A DNA stretch of 64,000 bases from Pseudothermotoga sp. (GTDB lineage: Bacteria > Thermotogota > Thermotogae > Thermotogales > DSM-5069), in NCBI GenBank assembly GCA_031962025.1, contig JAVRKW010000002.1; one strand, 5' to 3'. Of the stretch, positions 39,634-48,623 are shown one piece after another. A program made the translations under genes and the position numbers. Below the pieces are notes generated by a model, which was not told the DNA's origin, made no database searches, and saw nothing but the letters and a program-made list of their open reading frames with translations. Position 1 is the first letter of the stretch. Every line of letters begins with the position of its first letter.

Positions 39634-40452
39634 TTAACCTTTTATTCCACCTGCAGATAAACCCTTTATTATGTACTTTTGAAGACTCAGAGTGATCGCG
39701 AAAACGGGTATAAGCATCACCGTTCCGGCTGAGGATAACTGTCCCCATAAAGGAGCGTACTGACCCAGAAAGCCGTTGACTATTATTGGTGCAGTTTTTG
39801 CCCTTGAGCCGGTTAACACCAGAGCGTATATGAACTCGTTCCACGACATCAAAAATGCAAAAACGGCAGCTACGACGATGCCGGCAGACGCAAGTGGTAG
39901 AAAAATTTTCCAGTAGATCATGAAACCCTTGCACCCATCTACTCTTGCGGCTTCTTCATATTCCTTTGGTATGGAAGCGAAAAACGGCAACAACAGTGCG
40001 ACAACGTATGGCAGGTTAAAACTTATATGTGCCAGAGACAATCCAAAGATGGTATCGTGCAATCTAAGGAATCTGAAAAGCATGTAAAACGGCAGAGCCA
40101 AAGTTATCTGCGGTACCATTCGGAGCATCAGGATTATCATTACCAAGAAGTTGTTGAATTTGAAATTGAACCTGACAAGTCCGAAAGCCATCATCGATCC
40201 GAAGATCACAGAAACAACGGTTGAGATTCCCGCCACTGAAAAAGAATTTTTCAGAGATTTGAGAAATTCCACGTTTTGAAAGATGAGCTGATAGCTTTTT
40301 GTTGTCGGCTTGAAATAGAATGGATTTTTGCTCCATATATCGATGTCTTTTTTAAAACCATTGAAGATGATTACAAATATCGGAAAAAGCTGAATGACAA
40401 CTATCAAAAGTGCGACAATAAAAAGCACCCAGTAGGTTATCTTTTTTTTCAC
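39634..40452 (-). CDS. Carbohydrate ABC transporter permease (MalG-like)
   Basis: EEAARVDG loop, SWNEF. Confidence 0.93.
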   Translation of the reverse strand: MKKKITYWVLFIVALLIVVIQLFPIFVIIFNGFKKDIDIWSKNPFYFKPTTKSYQLIFQNVEFLKSLKNSFSVAGISTVVSVIFGSMMAFGLVRFNFKFNNFLVMIILMLRMVPQITLALPFYMLFRFLRLHDTIFGLSLAHISFNLPYVVALLLPFFASIPKEYEEAARVDGCKGFMIYWKIFLPLASAGIVVAAVFAFLMSWNEFIYALVLTGSRAKTAPIIVNGFLGQYAPLWGQLSSAGTVMLIPVFAITLSLQKYIIKGLSAGGIKG

Positions 40453-41306
40453 GAGAATTCACCTCTAAAACTTCTTCTAACTGCAAAGTAAGAGATCACA
40501 AGAGAAACAACAAGTAGAAAGACGGCTATGGATGAGGCGTATGATATTCTGCCAAACTCAAAGGCTTGCTTTTGTATGTACAAGGACAGCAGCATTGTGG
40601 CATTTGATGGTCCGCCGTAGGTCATCACGTACACCTCAGAAAAGATCCTCAAGGCATCTATCAATCTCAGAAGAAATGCCATGGCTATGACTGGTGCCAA
40701 ACACGGCAGGATCACGTAGTATATTCTCTGCCAGAACTTTGCTCCATCCATCTGAGCTGCTTCCAGATACTCATTTGGCAGTGATGAAAGACCCGCATAG
40801 ATGATTATGAAGATGAAGGGCCACATTCGCCAGATATCCTGTAAAAGCACTGCGATGTAAGCATATCTGGTATCAGCCAGCCAGGCAGAAGGACCAAGAG
40901 AAATGGATTTGAAAAAAGTCGCAAGAACACCGTATCGGGGTTGCAACATTAATCTCCAGGTGAGACCGGAAAGCACTGGTAAGATGAAAACAGGTAACAT
41001 CAAAAGAGATCTGAGTATTCTGTTGAATGCAAAATCTTTGTTGAAAAGCAGTGCAACGAAAAAACCAATTACAAGTTCTATGGGTAAGGCGATTGCTATA
41101 AAACCAAGCTGCAGAGCAAGAGAGTTCCAAAAACCTTTGTCTTTGATCATATCTATGTAATTTGAAAATCCAACGAAGTTAGTAGATCCCAGATAAACCA
41201 GTCGTCTGTCTGTAAAAGAAAGGATCAAAGCAAAAGACACAGGAAAGATCAATATCAAGATTACAATCAAAAGCCCGGGGAGGATAAAACTGAGGAAGGG
41301 GCGCAT
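40449..41306 (-). CDS. Carbohydrate ABC transporter permease (MalF-like)
   Basis: FVGFSNY, EAAQMDGA, TYGGP. Confidence 0.93.
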   Translation of the reverse strand: MRPFLSFILPGLLIVILILIFPVSFALILSFTDRRLVYLGSTNFVGFSNYIDMIKDKGFWNSLALQLGFIAIALPIELVIGFFVALLFNKDFAFNRILRSLLMLPVFILPVLSGLTWRLMLQPRYGVLATFFKSISLGPSAWLADTRYAYIAVLLQDIWRMWPFIFIIIYAGLSSLPNEYLEAAQMDGAKFWQRIYYVILPCLAPVIAMAFLLRLIDALRIFSEVYVMTYGGPSNATMLLSLYIQKQAFEFGRISYASSIAVFLLVVSLVISYFAVRRSFRGEFS

Positions 41307-41319
41307 GCCCCTTCTTTTT

Positions 41320-42591
41320 TTAGTAACCGTACTTCTTGAGGAGAGCTTCAATCTCATTCACCATCCTGTCCACAGCAACCTCAGGCGATACTCTCGATGA
41401 AATTGCATCAAGCCAGTGTGTTCTGATTATCGTTGATACCTCTGGATACTGTTCAAATCTGGGTCTTTCAACGGCATACTGCATTGACCTGTATATGCCA
41501 AGGAACCACGGTCTGTCCTTCAAAAATTCTGGATCTTTCAATAGAGATTCTCTGGCTGGTGTCAAACCCTTTGGGATGAGTTTCTTTCCAGTTTCAACAG
41601 ACATCCACCAATAAGCGAACTCTGCCGTTGCTTGTTTTTCCTTAGATGCGATCGGTATGCCGACGATCCACGCTCCCCTAACCGCTGCGCTCTTTGCAGG
41701 TCCCGCCGGTGGCTCGGTGTATTCGATTTTTCCATATACAAGTGACTTTTCAGGATTTTCAAGGTCGGGTATCAGTGCGGGCCAGTTGAACATTGAGAAT
41801 ACCTCTCCGCGTGCAAAGGCTGCAACACGTTCCGCATGACCATAATCAAGAGCTCCCTCTGGTGCGTATTTGAGAAGTTCTTTGTAGAAGTTGATAGCTT
41901 CGATTGCCTTCTTTTTGTCAAGCACAACTTTATAGCCGTCGTTGGTGGCTTCTAAGATCTTTGTTCCAAAACTTTCGAACATCCAGACAGCTTCTGCTGT
42001 GGCTCCTTCTGTGGGTTTTGTGAAAGGTGCCCAGCCGTAAATACCTTTTTTAGAAAGAAATTTGCTCATGTCCAAAAGTTCCTGCAAAGTCTTTGGCACT
42101 CTCATTTCATAGCCATATTCATTTTTGAACTCGTCTTTGTATTTCTCTATCAGGTCTTTTCTTGTCAACCAGACGTAGATATTTGCATTAACAGGAAGCC
42201 CTTTGAATTCCCCTTTCCATTGACCTGCTGCAAAGGCAAGAGGCATTATATCTGCCATGCTCGGTCTTGCATAAACTTGGGTCGTTGGCCAATCTGAGAA
42301 TCCTGTGAGAAGCGGACCAACCATGGGTATGTTTGGTTCGTCCACCGCAACCAGATCGTAATCGGCGCTCTTTGCTGTTACGCTTATCAGTGTTTTCTGC
42401 AGTAGTGTGCCACTTGGTACGAGCTCCAGATCCACCTTGATACCTGTTGCCTTTTCAAAATCAGGTACACCGGCTTTCAAAGCCTGGGTAAGAGCATCGT
42501 CCCAGAGTAGAACCCTTATCCTTGTGTTGTACGGTGCGGCAAAGAGTGTGATGACAAAAGCGACAAACAAAATCGAGAAGATCTTCCTCAT
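41320..42591 (-). CDS. Carbohydrate ABC transporter substrate-binding protein (putative SQ/SQ-glycoside)
   Basis: Signal peptide, FEKATGIKV and YDLV family-1 SBP patterns; first gene of the operon. Confidence 0.9.
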   Translation of the reverse strand: MRKIFSILFVAFVITLFAAPYNTRIRVLLWDDALTQALKAGVPDFEKATGIKVDLELVPSGTLLQKTLISVTAKSADYDLVAVDEPNIPMVGPLLTGFSDWPTTQVYARPSMADIMPLAFAAGQWKGEFKGLPVNANIYVWLTRKDLIEKYKDEFKNEYGYEMRVPKTLQELLDMSKFLSKKGIYGWAPFTKPTEGATAEAVWMFESFGTKILEATNDGYKVVLDKKKAIEAINFYKELLKYAPEGALDYGHAERVAAFARGEVFSMFNWPALIPDLENPEKSLVYGKIEYTEPPAGPAKSAAVRGAWIVGIPIASKEKQATAEFAYWWMSVETGKKLIPKGLTPARESLLKDPEFLKDRPWFLGIYRSMQYAVERPRFEQYPEVSTIIRTHWLDAISSRVSPEVAVDRMVNEIEALLKKYGY

Positions 42592-42605
42592 AAATACACC
42601 CCCTT

Positions 42606-42625
42606 ATGTGGTAACGTTACCATAT
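42606..42625. promoter_or_regulatory. LacI-type operator
   Basis: Perfect 14-bp palindrome TGGTAACGTTACCA (42609-42622) with central CG, overlapping the predicted TSS. Confidence 0.85.
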
Positions 42626-42627
42626 CG

Positions 42628-42656
42628 ATTAAAAAACCTTCACAAAAATTTGTCAA
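42628..42656 (-). promoter_or_regulatory. Sigma70 promoter of the SQ operon
   Basis: Minus strand TTGACA-N17-TTTAAT. Confidence 0.8.
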
Positions 42657-42830
42657 GAATTAAAACACCGTAATTTCACGAAAAATTTGAAGAAAACCTG
42701 AGAAAAAAAGAGCATAACAGTACTGGATAAGGTTCATGTGAATTTATTAATGAATATTGCGTGAGAATTGAATTAGATCAACAGCAGGGTAATCACCTTA
42801 AATCAAGCTATACTATTATTGGGTGATATC

Positions 42831-44978
42831 TTGCCTGACTATCCGGTTCAGTACAACAACCCGGGTCCAGAGGTCGTTTTGAAGGTCAAAAGGGGTTATC
42901 CAAGGCTTGGAGCGACACCAGATGATACCGGTGTGAATTTTGGTATCTTTTCGAGAAATGGTCGCAGGGTTATACTGGAACTGTATCAAAATTACTACGA
43001 TGAAAAACCATCCCACAGATTTGTACTCGATCCAATTCACAACAGAACGGGTGATATCTGGCACATATACGTTTATGGTGTTGGTCACGGTCAGTATTAC
43101 GGATGGAGAATAGACGGAGAATACGATCCTTTGAATGGTAAAAGATTCAACGTTTACAAACTGCTGAGTGATCCATACGCAAAAGCTATATCCGGTTCCT
43201 ACGAATGGGATGAAGACAGCGTATATGGCTATGATAGAAACTCTCCTCTTAAGGACCTCTCTTTTTCGACGATCGATTCTGCACAGAGTCCGACAAAATC
43301 CATAGTCATCGACGATTCTAAATACGACTGGACTGAAGATAGAAGACCCATGATTTCGTGGAAAGACACCGTTATATACGAAATGCATGTTAGGTTCTTC
43401 ACCATAAGTCCCACATCCAATGTGAGATTCCACGGCACTTTTTTGGGAATACTCGAAAAGCTCGATCATCTAAAAGAACTTGGAGTTACAACGATTGAAT
43501 TGATGCCGGTGTTTGAATTCTGTGCAACTGCCAATACGAATATCAACCCTTACACGGGTAGAAGGCTCAAAGACATGTGGGGTTACAATCCTTTGGGTTT
43601 TTTTGCCGTAACGGGTAACTATTCAGTTGGTATGAAACTCGGTGAACAGGTTTTTCTGTTCAAAGATTTTGTCAAGCAAATGCACAAAAATGGTTTTGAA
43701 GTGATTCTCGACGTTGTTTACAACCACACAGGTGAGGGCAATGAACTGGGACCAACTCTTTCTTTCAGAGGTATAGACAACGAAATATATTACATGTTAA
43801 ATCCTTCGAATAAAAGGTTTTACATGAATTACTCCGGCTGCGGTAATACGCTCAACTGTAACCATCCCGTTGTAAAAGAAATGATAATAGACAGCCTCAG
43901 GTACTGGGCAACGGAAATGCATGTGGATGGCTTTCGTTTCGATCTTGCATCGATTCTCGGAAGAACGCCCGACGGCAGATGGATAGGAGATTTTTCACTG
44001 TTAAAGGATATATCGGAAGATGCCATACTGCATGATTTAAAACTCATTGCCGAGGGCTGGGACGCCGCAGGTGGTTATTTTATCGGTCAATTTCCCCATG
44101 GCTGGGCAGAATGGAATGGCAGGTACAGAGACACAGTCAGGAGATTTGTACGCGGTGATGAAGGAGTGATACAGGATCTTGCCATGAGAATATCTGGAAG
44201 TCAGGATCTTTACGGCTCAAGATCACCCCATGCAAGCATAAACTTTATCACATGTCACGATGGTTTCACTTTGAGGGATCTGGTCAGTTATCGTTACAAA
44301 CACAATGAAGCAAATGGAGAAGATAACAGAGATGGTAGCGACGAAAATTTCAGTTGTAATTACGGAGTAGAAGGTGAAACGCAAGATCCTCAGATAAATC
44401 GTCTCAGAAAACAACAGGTGAAAAACTTCATAGCCATTCTGATGGTCTCTCATGGCACTCCAATGATCCTGATGGGTGATGAGATGTATCGGACTCAGAA
44501 AGGCAACAACAACGCCTACTGCCACGATGATGAAACCACATGGCTTGACTGGTCATTAAAAGAAAAACACGCAGATATTTTCAGATTCTTCAGCAAGATG
44601 ATCCACTTTAGAAAATCTCATCCAGCACTGAGAAGACCGCACTTTTTCACAGGTCTACCGACACAGATGGGACTGCCAGATCTGACCTGGCACGGCATAA
44701 AACCATTTGAACCTGATTTTTCTTATCACTCACACTCCATAGCATTCATGATAAGCGGCGATACGGGTTTAGATGAAAAGGACAACGATATATACGTAAT
44801 CCTGAACCAGTGGCGTGAACCTCTGAAATTCGTACTGCCGTACATTCACGGCAAAAGCTGGTACAGAGTCGTTGATACATCAAAAGACCCGGGCGAAGAT
44901 TTCCTTGATGATCCACAGCCGGTTGGATATTTATATGTTGCTCAACCAAGGAGCACGGTGATTTTGCTTGGAATATAG
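42831..44978 (+). CDS. glgX: Glycogen debranching enzyme / isoamylase (GH13)
   Basis: DPYAK, IYEMHV, WGYNP, DVVYNH, DGFRFDLA, EGWD, HDGFTL. TTG start at 42831 (GGTGA SD) or 42819. Confidence 0.95.
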   Translation: MPDYPVQYNNPGPEVVLKVKRGYPRLGATPDDTGVNFGIFSRNGRRVILELYQNYYDEKPSHRFVLDPIHNRTGDIWHIYVYGVGHGQYYGWRIDGEYDPLNGKRFNVYKLLSDPYAKAISGSYEWDEDSVYGYDRNSPLKDLSFSTIDSAQSPTKSIVIDDSKYDWTEDRRPMISWKDTVIYEMHVRFFTISPTSNVRFHGTFLGILEKLDHLKELGVTTIELMPVFEFCATANTNINPYTGRRLKDMWGYNPLGFFAVTGNYSVGMKLGEQVFLFKDFVKQMHKNGFEVILDVVYNHTGEGNELGPTLSFRGIDNEIYYMLNPSNKRFYMNYSGCGNTLNCNHPVVKEMIIDSLRYWATEMHVDGFRFDLASILGRTPDGRWIGDFSLLKDISEDAILHDLKLIAEGWDAAGGYFIGQFPHGWAEWNGRYRDTVRRFVRGDEGVIQDLAMRISGSQDLYGSRSPHASINFITCHDGFTLRDLVSYRYKHNEANGEDNRDGSDENFSCNYGVEGETQDPQINRLRKQQVKNFIAILMVSHGTPMILMGDEMYRTQKGNNNAYCHDDETTWLDWSLKEKHADIFRFFSKMIHFRKSHPALRRPHFFTGLPTQMGLPDLTWHGIKPFEPDFSYHSHSIAFMISGDTGLDEKDNDIYVILNQWREPLKFVLPYIHGKSWYRVVDTSKDPGEDFLDDPQPVGYLYVAQPRSTVILLGI

Positions 44979-45022
44979 TAATATTATATAATTTGTCAAC
45001 AAATCCAAGGGAGGGATTTTCA

Positions 45023-46780
45023 ATGAGAAGGATGTTCTTTTTGCTCATTGCTCTTTTATTCACTCAGATTTTTGCATACATACCTGCCACGGCTGATTAT
45101 GTGATTTTCCTGAAGGATTTTGACATTCTCAATTCATTTTTACCGCCAACCAGCAGACTGAACGACCACACAGAAGGATTTGTGTGTTTCTTTGGAAAAA
45201 TGACGTTAAATCTTTCGAGCTTGATAGGGTTGATTGAAACTGAAACACCCGCAAACGTTCAAAATCTGCTGGATGTTTCAATCGTCACTGACGATCCAGA
45301 ATGGGTTAAGAAGAATTTCTCGGCACTCTTAGACGGTCACCAGATTATTCAGGCAGATGGTCTGTATTATTTTGTTTCTGCGATGATGCTTGAAGATGTC
45401 AAAGCCATGATAAAAGGTCAGGTATCGAGTATAAAACCAGATGAAAATTTAACGGTTTACGTGAAAATGCAAACAGTTCCCATAATTGGTATAGTTTTAC
45501 ACCTGCTCGGTCTCAATGAGGGTGTGCCAGTTGAGGATGAAATGAAAGTTGTTTTTGATTCAAATATCGCAAAGATCCTCGTAAAATCGAACAAATCTTC
45601 CAGATCTGATTGGGAAGCCAAGCGTGCACAGTCGCAGGTTTTGCCAAAGGGATTGAAAATACTCAAAGATGCCCAATTTTCTTTGATGATGCCGGTCTCA
45701 ATTCTTAGCCAGATTCCCGCAGAACTCCTGGAAGAAATCGGTGTAGATCTAAGCAATTTTGAGCTCATCTTTTCTAAGGCAAAGAATATTTCTTTGAGTT
45801 TTTCACAGGATATGTCAAAATTTGCGATGTTTTTTGACTTCAAAGAAGATTCAATCGAAGAATTGAGTGAGTACTTCAGCGAGCTTGGAGCGTATATTAG
45901 AAGAACAGAGGATTTTATTTATCTTTATTCTGATGAATTTACCGGGGTACTTGCGGTAAAAGGCGGCATATCGGAGATTCTATCGAAAAACGTTGATGAA
46001 AAAGATCTCGTTGCTGTTGAAGATGGAGTACTGGGCAGGATCAGTTTTAAACAGGACAATCTTTTTGCAGACCTTTCTTTATACAGAGAAAATTGCTCGG
46101 TGATATTGAATTTAGAACTGTCAAAAGATTTGATTTCTGATCTTATCAGTGAAATTTTGTCTGAACTATTGCCAAAGCCAGAAGAATTGAATTTACTCAA
46201 CGAAATGATCGATTCTATCGATTTTAGGTGTTATTTTATGTACTTGGATCCACCGGAAAATATCGAAGAACTAAAAACCATTCCAGAAAAGTTCATAGAC
46301 AGAATCACTTACCAGAGAAAAGAAGAAGATGACGGGTGGTTTATAACGATTGGTGTTAAGACCGATCTGGCAGATACCCTGACAGAAAAAGATTTGATGA
46401 ATATGCTCAGTGTTACAGTCGATAAGATCCAGATTGATAGAGAAAACAAAATCATATACATAGCCAAGCGGTATGAGAAAAGCCAGTTGCCATCCGCTCA
46501 AAATCTGATAACAGATTTTGTGAATGGTATCAGACAGTATTATCAAGATTTTCAATTGGTCCCGGAAGATCTGGGTCAGCTATTATCATGGTATGTTTTC
46601 TACCCGGAACAGGTACTCGATCAGATTGTTTACGAACCGCAGTCTGTGGGCGAAAAAACAACAGTCAAATTAACCATCACAATCGATGAAAAAGTCGATG
46701 AGTCAATGGTCGAAGAATTGCAGCTTAAAGATCTTTTTTACGAAGATGGCAAACTAATCGTGACCTTTGAACTTCCATAA
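45023..46780 (+). CDS. Hypothetical secreted acidic protein
   Basis: Long ORF with signal peptide MRRMFFLLIALLFTQIFA and GGAGG SD. No family recognised. Confidence 0.75.
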   Translation: MRRMFFLLIALLFTQIFAYIPATADYVIFLKDFDILNSFLPPTSRLNDHTEGFVCFFGKMTLNLSSLIGLIETETPANVQNLLDVSIVTDDPEWVKKNFSALLDGHQIIQADGLYYFVSAMMLEDVKAMIKGQVSSIKPDENLTVYVKMQTVPIIGIVLHLLGLNEGVPVEDEMKVVFDSNIAKILVKSNKSSRSDWEAKRAQSQVLPKGLKILKDAQFSLMMPVSILSQIPAELLEEIGVDLSNFELIFSKAKNISLSFSQDMSKFAMFFDFKEDSIEELSEYFSELGAYIRRTEDFIYLYSDEFTGVLAVKGGISEILSKNVDEKDLVAVEDGVLGRISFKQDNLFADLSLYRENCSVILNLELSKDLISDLISEILSELLPKPEELNLLNEMIDSIDFRCYFMYLDPPENIEELKTIPEKFIDRITYQRKEEDDGWFITIGVKTDLADTLTEKDLMNMLSVTVDKIQIDRENKIIYIAKRYEKSQLPSAQNLITDFVNGIRQYYQDFQLVPEDLGQLLSWYVFYPEQVLDQIVYEPQSVGEKTTVKLTITIDEKVDESMVEELQLKDLFYEDGKLIVTFELP

Positions 46781-46796
46781 GTGTTTTTAAAAAAGC

Positions 46797-46816
46797 GGCG
46801 GAGTCTATACTCCGCC
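46797..46816. terminator. Hairpin after the hypothetical gene
   Basis: GGCGGAGT-CTAT-ACTCCGCC. Confidence 0.55.
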
Positions 46817-46939
46817 ATCTTACTGATGTAAGTAGATTTTCACATCCATTTTGAGCATAATTTCAGAAAGATCTGTTGGTGTTAACATTTCACAGAATGC
46901 TGTAATGGGATTTTGCTAAACTCTTTTTGGAGTGATTCT

Positions 46940-48622
46940 GTGTTCTTACCAATGACCATTGAAGAAGTAGAGAAACTTGGCTGGAAGGAACTTGATATCA
47001 TACTGGTCACAGGTGACGCATACGTTGATCACCCGTCTTTCGGTGTTGCGCTGATAGGGCATTATCTTGTTTCAAAGGGATTCAGAGTTGGGATCATAGC
47101 ACAGCCTGACTGGAACAGTGCAAAAGATATTACCAGACTTGGAAAGCCAAGGTTGTTTTTCGGTATCAGTGCGGGTAATGTTGACTCAATGGTGGCAAAT
47201 TACACGGCTTCGATGAAAAAAAGGAAAACAGATGAGTATTCACCCAATGGTGTTTCAGGGAAAAGACCCGATCGTGCAACGATTGTTTATTCGAATCTTG
47301 TGCGAAGATTCTTTCCAGATGTTCCGATCGTTCTCGGAGGACTTGAAGCAAGTTTAAGACGCTTTGCTCATTACGACTGGTGGTCTGATAGAATCAGAAA
47401 ATCTGTCCTGATAGATGCCAAAGCAGATCTTCTTGTATATGGTATGGCAGAAAAAGCCATACTTGAAATCGCACAGACTCTTGAAAAAACTGGTGATATG
47501 GAAAAGTGCAAATCAATTGCCGGGACAGTCTGGTGGACTACGAAAAAACCACAGAACTGTTTTGAACTACCTAGTTTTGATGAAATCCTTCAGGATAAAT
47601 CAAAATACGCAGAATCGGTGAGATTACAGACACTAATGACAGATCCGTTCAAGGACATTTCACTGTGCCAGAGGCAGGATAACAGGTACGTGGTACAAAA
47701 TCCACCGCAGATGCCACTTGAACAAAAAGAGCTCGATGAGCTTTATTTACTTCCCTTTCAGAGAAAGCCTCATCCTTTCTATGAAAAAATGGGTCATGTT
47801 CCTGCTCTGAAGATGATACAGTTTTCAATAACCTGTGTGAGAGGGTGTTTTGGTTCCTGTTCATTTTGTGCGCTGACACAGCATCAGACCACACACGTTG
47901 TTTCAAGAAGTGTTGATTCGATCATCGAAGAAGCCAGAATCCTGACCAAGCATCCAGATTTTCGTGGTGTCATAACAGATATCGGTGGACCAACTGCGAA
48001 TATGTACGGTTCAGATTGTACGATCAGAGAAACAAAAGGTCAATGTGATAGATTCTGTCTGTTTCCTAAAAAATGTGCCGGTGTACGGCCAGATCATCGA
48101 AGGTATTTGGATTTGCTGTATAAAGTCAGGAAAGTTGAGAAAGTCAAGCACGTGTTTGTTTCATCCGGCATAAGACATGATCTTGTGCTTCAAGATCCAG
48201 ATGGAGAATATTTTATAAAAAAACTGGTCGATTTCACACCGGGACAGCTCAAGCTCGCCCCTGAACATTCACATCCACGTGTTCTGGCTCTTATGAGAAA
48301 ACCCCCGGTGGAACTTTTTTTAGAATTCAAAGAAAAGTTTGAAAAATACGCGGTAATTTCCGGTAAAGAACGTTATGTGATAGGTTATTTCATAGTTGCT
48401 CACCCTGGTGAAGGCAAGAAGGAAAATGATCATCTGCGAAAATTCATAGAGCAAAAACTCAATTATAGACCGCAGCAGATTCAGATTTTTACACCTTCAC
48501 CGGGTACCATCAGTACGGCGATGTACTATTCACAAATAGACCCCTTCACAAAAGAAGAGGTCTATGTGGAAAAGTCTTTGAAAATGAGAAATTCAATGAA
48601 AAAATACCTTTCAAGAGATTAG
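46940..48622 (+). CDS. ygiQ: YgiQ-family radical SAM protein
   Basis: GDAYVDHPSFG, EASLRRFAHYD, RGCFGSCSFC, DIGGPTANMY, LKLAPEH. Confidence 0.95.
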   Translation: MFLPMTIEEVEKLGWKELDIILVTGDAYVDHPSFGVALIGHYLVSKGFRVGIIAQPDWNSAKDITRLGKPRLFFGISAGNVDSMVANYTASMKKRKTDEYSPNGVSGKRPDRATIVYSNLVRRFFPDVPIVLGGLEASLRRFAHYDWWSDRIRKSVLIDAKADLLVYGMAEKAILEIAQTLEKTGDMEKCKSIAGTVWWTTKKPQNCFELPSFDEILQDKSKYAESVRLQTLMTDPFKDISLCQRQDNRYVVQNPPQMPLEQKELDELYLLPFQRKPHPFYEKMGHVPALKMIQFSITCVRGCFGSCSFCALTQHQTTHVVSRSVDSIIEEARILTKHPDFRGVITDIGGPTANMYGSDCTIRETKGQCDRFCLFPKKCAGVRPDHRRYLDLLYKVRKVEKVKHVFVSSGIRHDLVLQDPDGEYFIKKLVDFTPGQLKLAPEHSHPRVLALMRKPPVELFLEFKEKFEKYAVISGKERYVIGYFIVAHPGEGKKENDHLRKFIEQKLNYRPQQIQIFTPSPGTISTAMYYSQIDPFTKEEVYVEKSLKMRNSMKKYLSRD

Positions 48623-48623
48623 C

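Noticed and set aside
39620..39934. N-terminal extension of the transaldolase (324-aa ORF)
   Set aside because: It overlaps the permease in another frame. The transaldolase fold and the AGGAG SD start at 39619.
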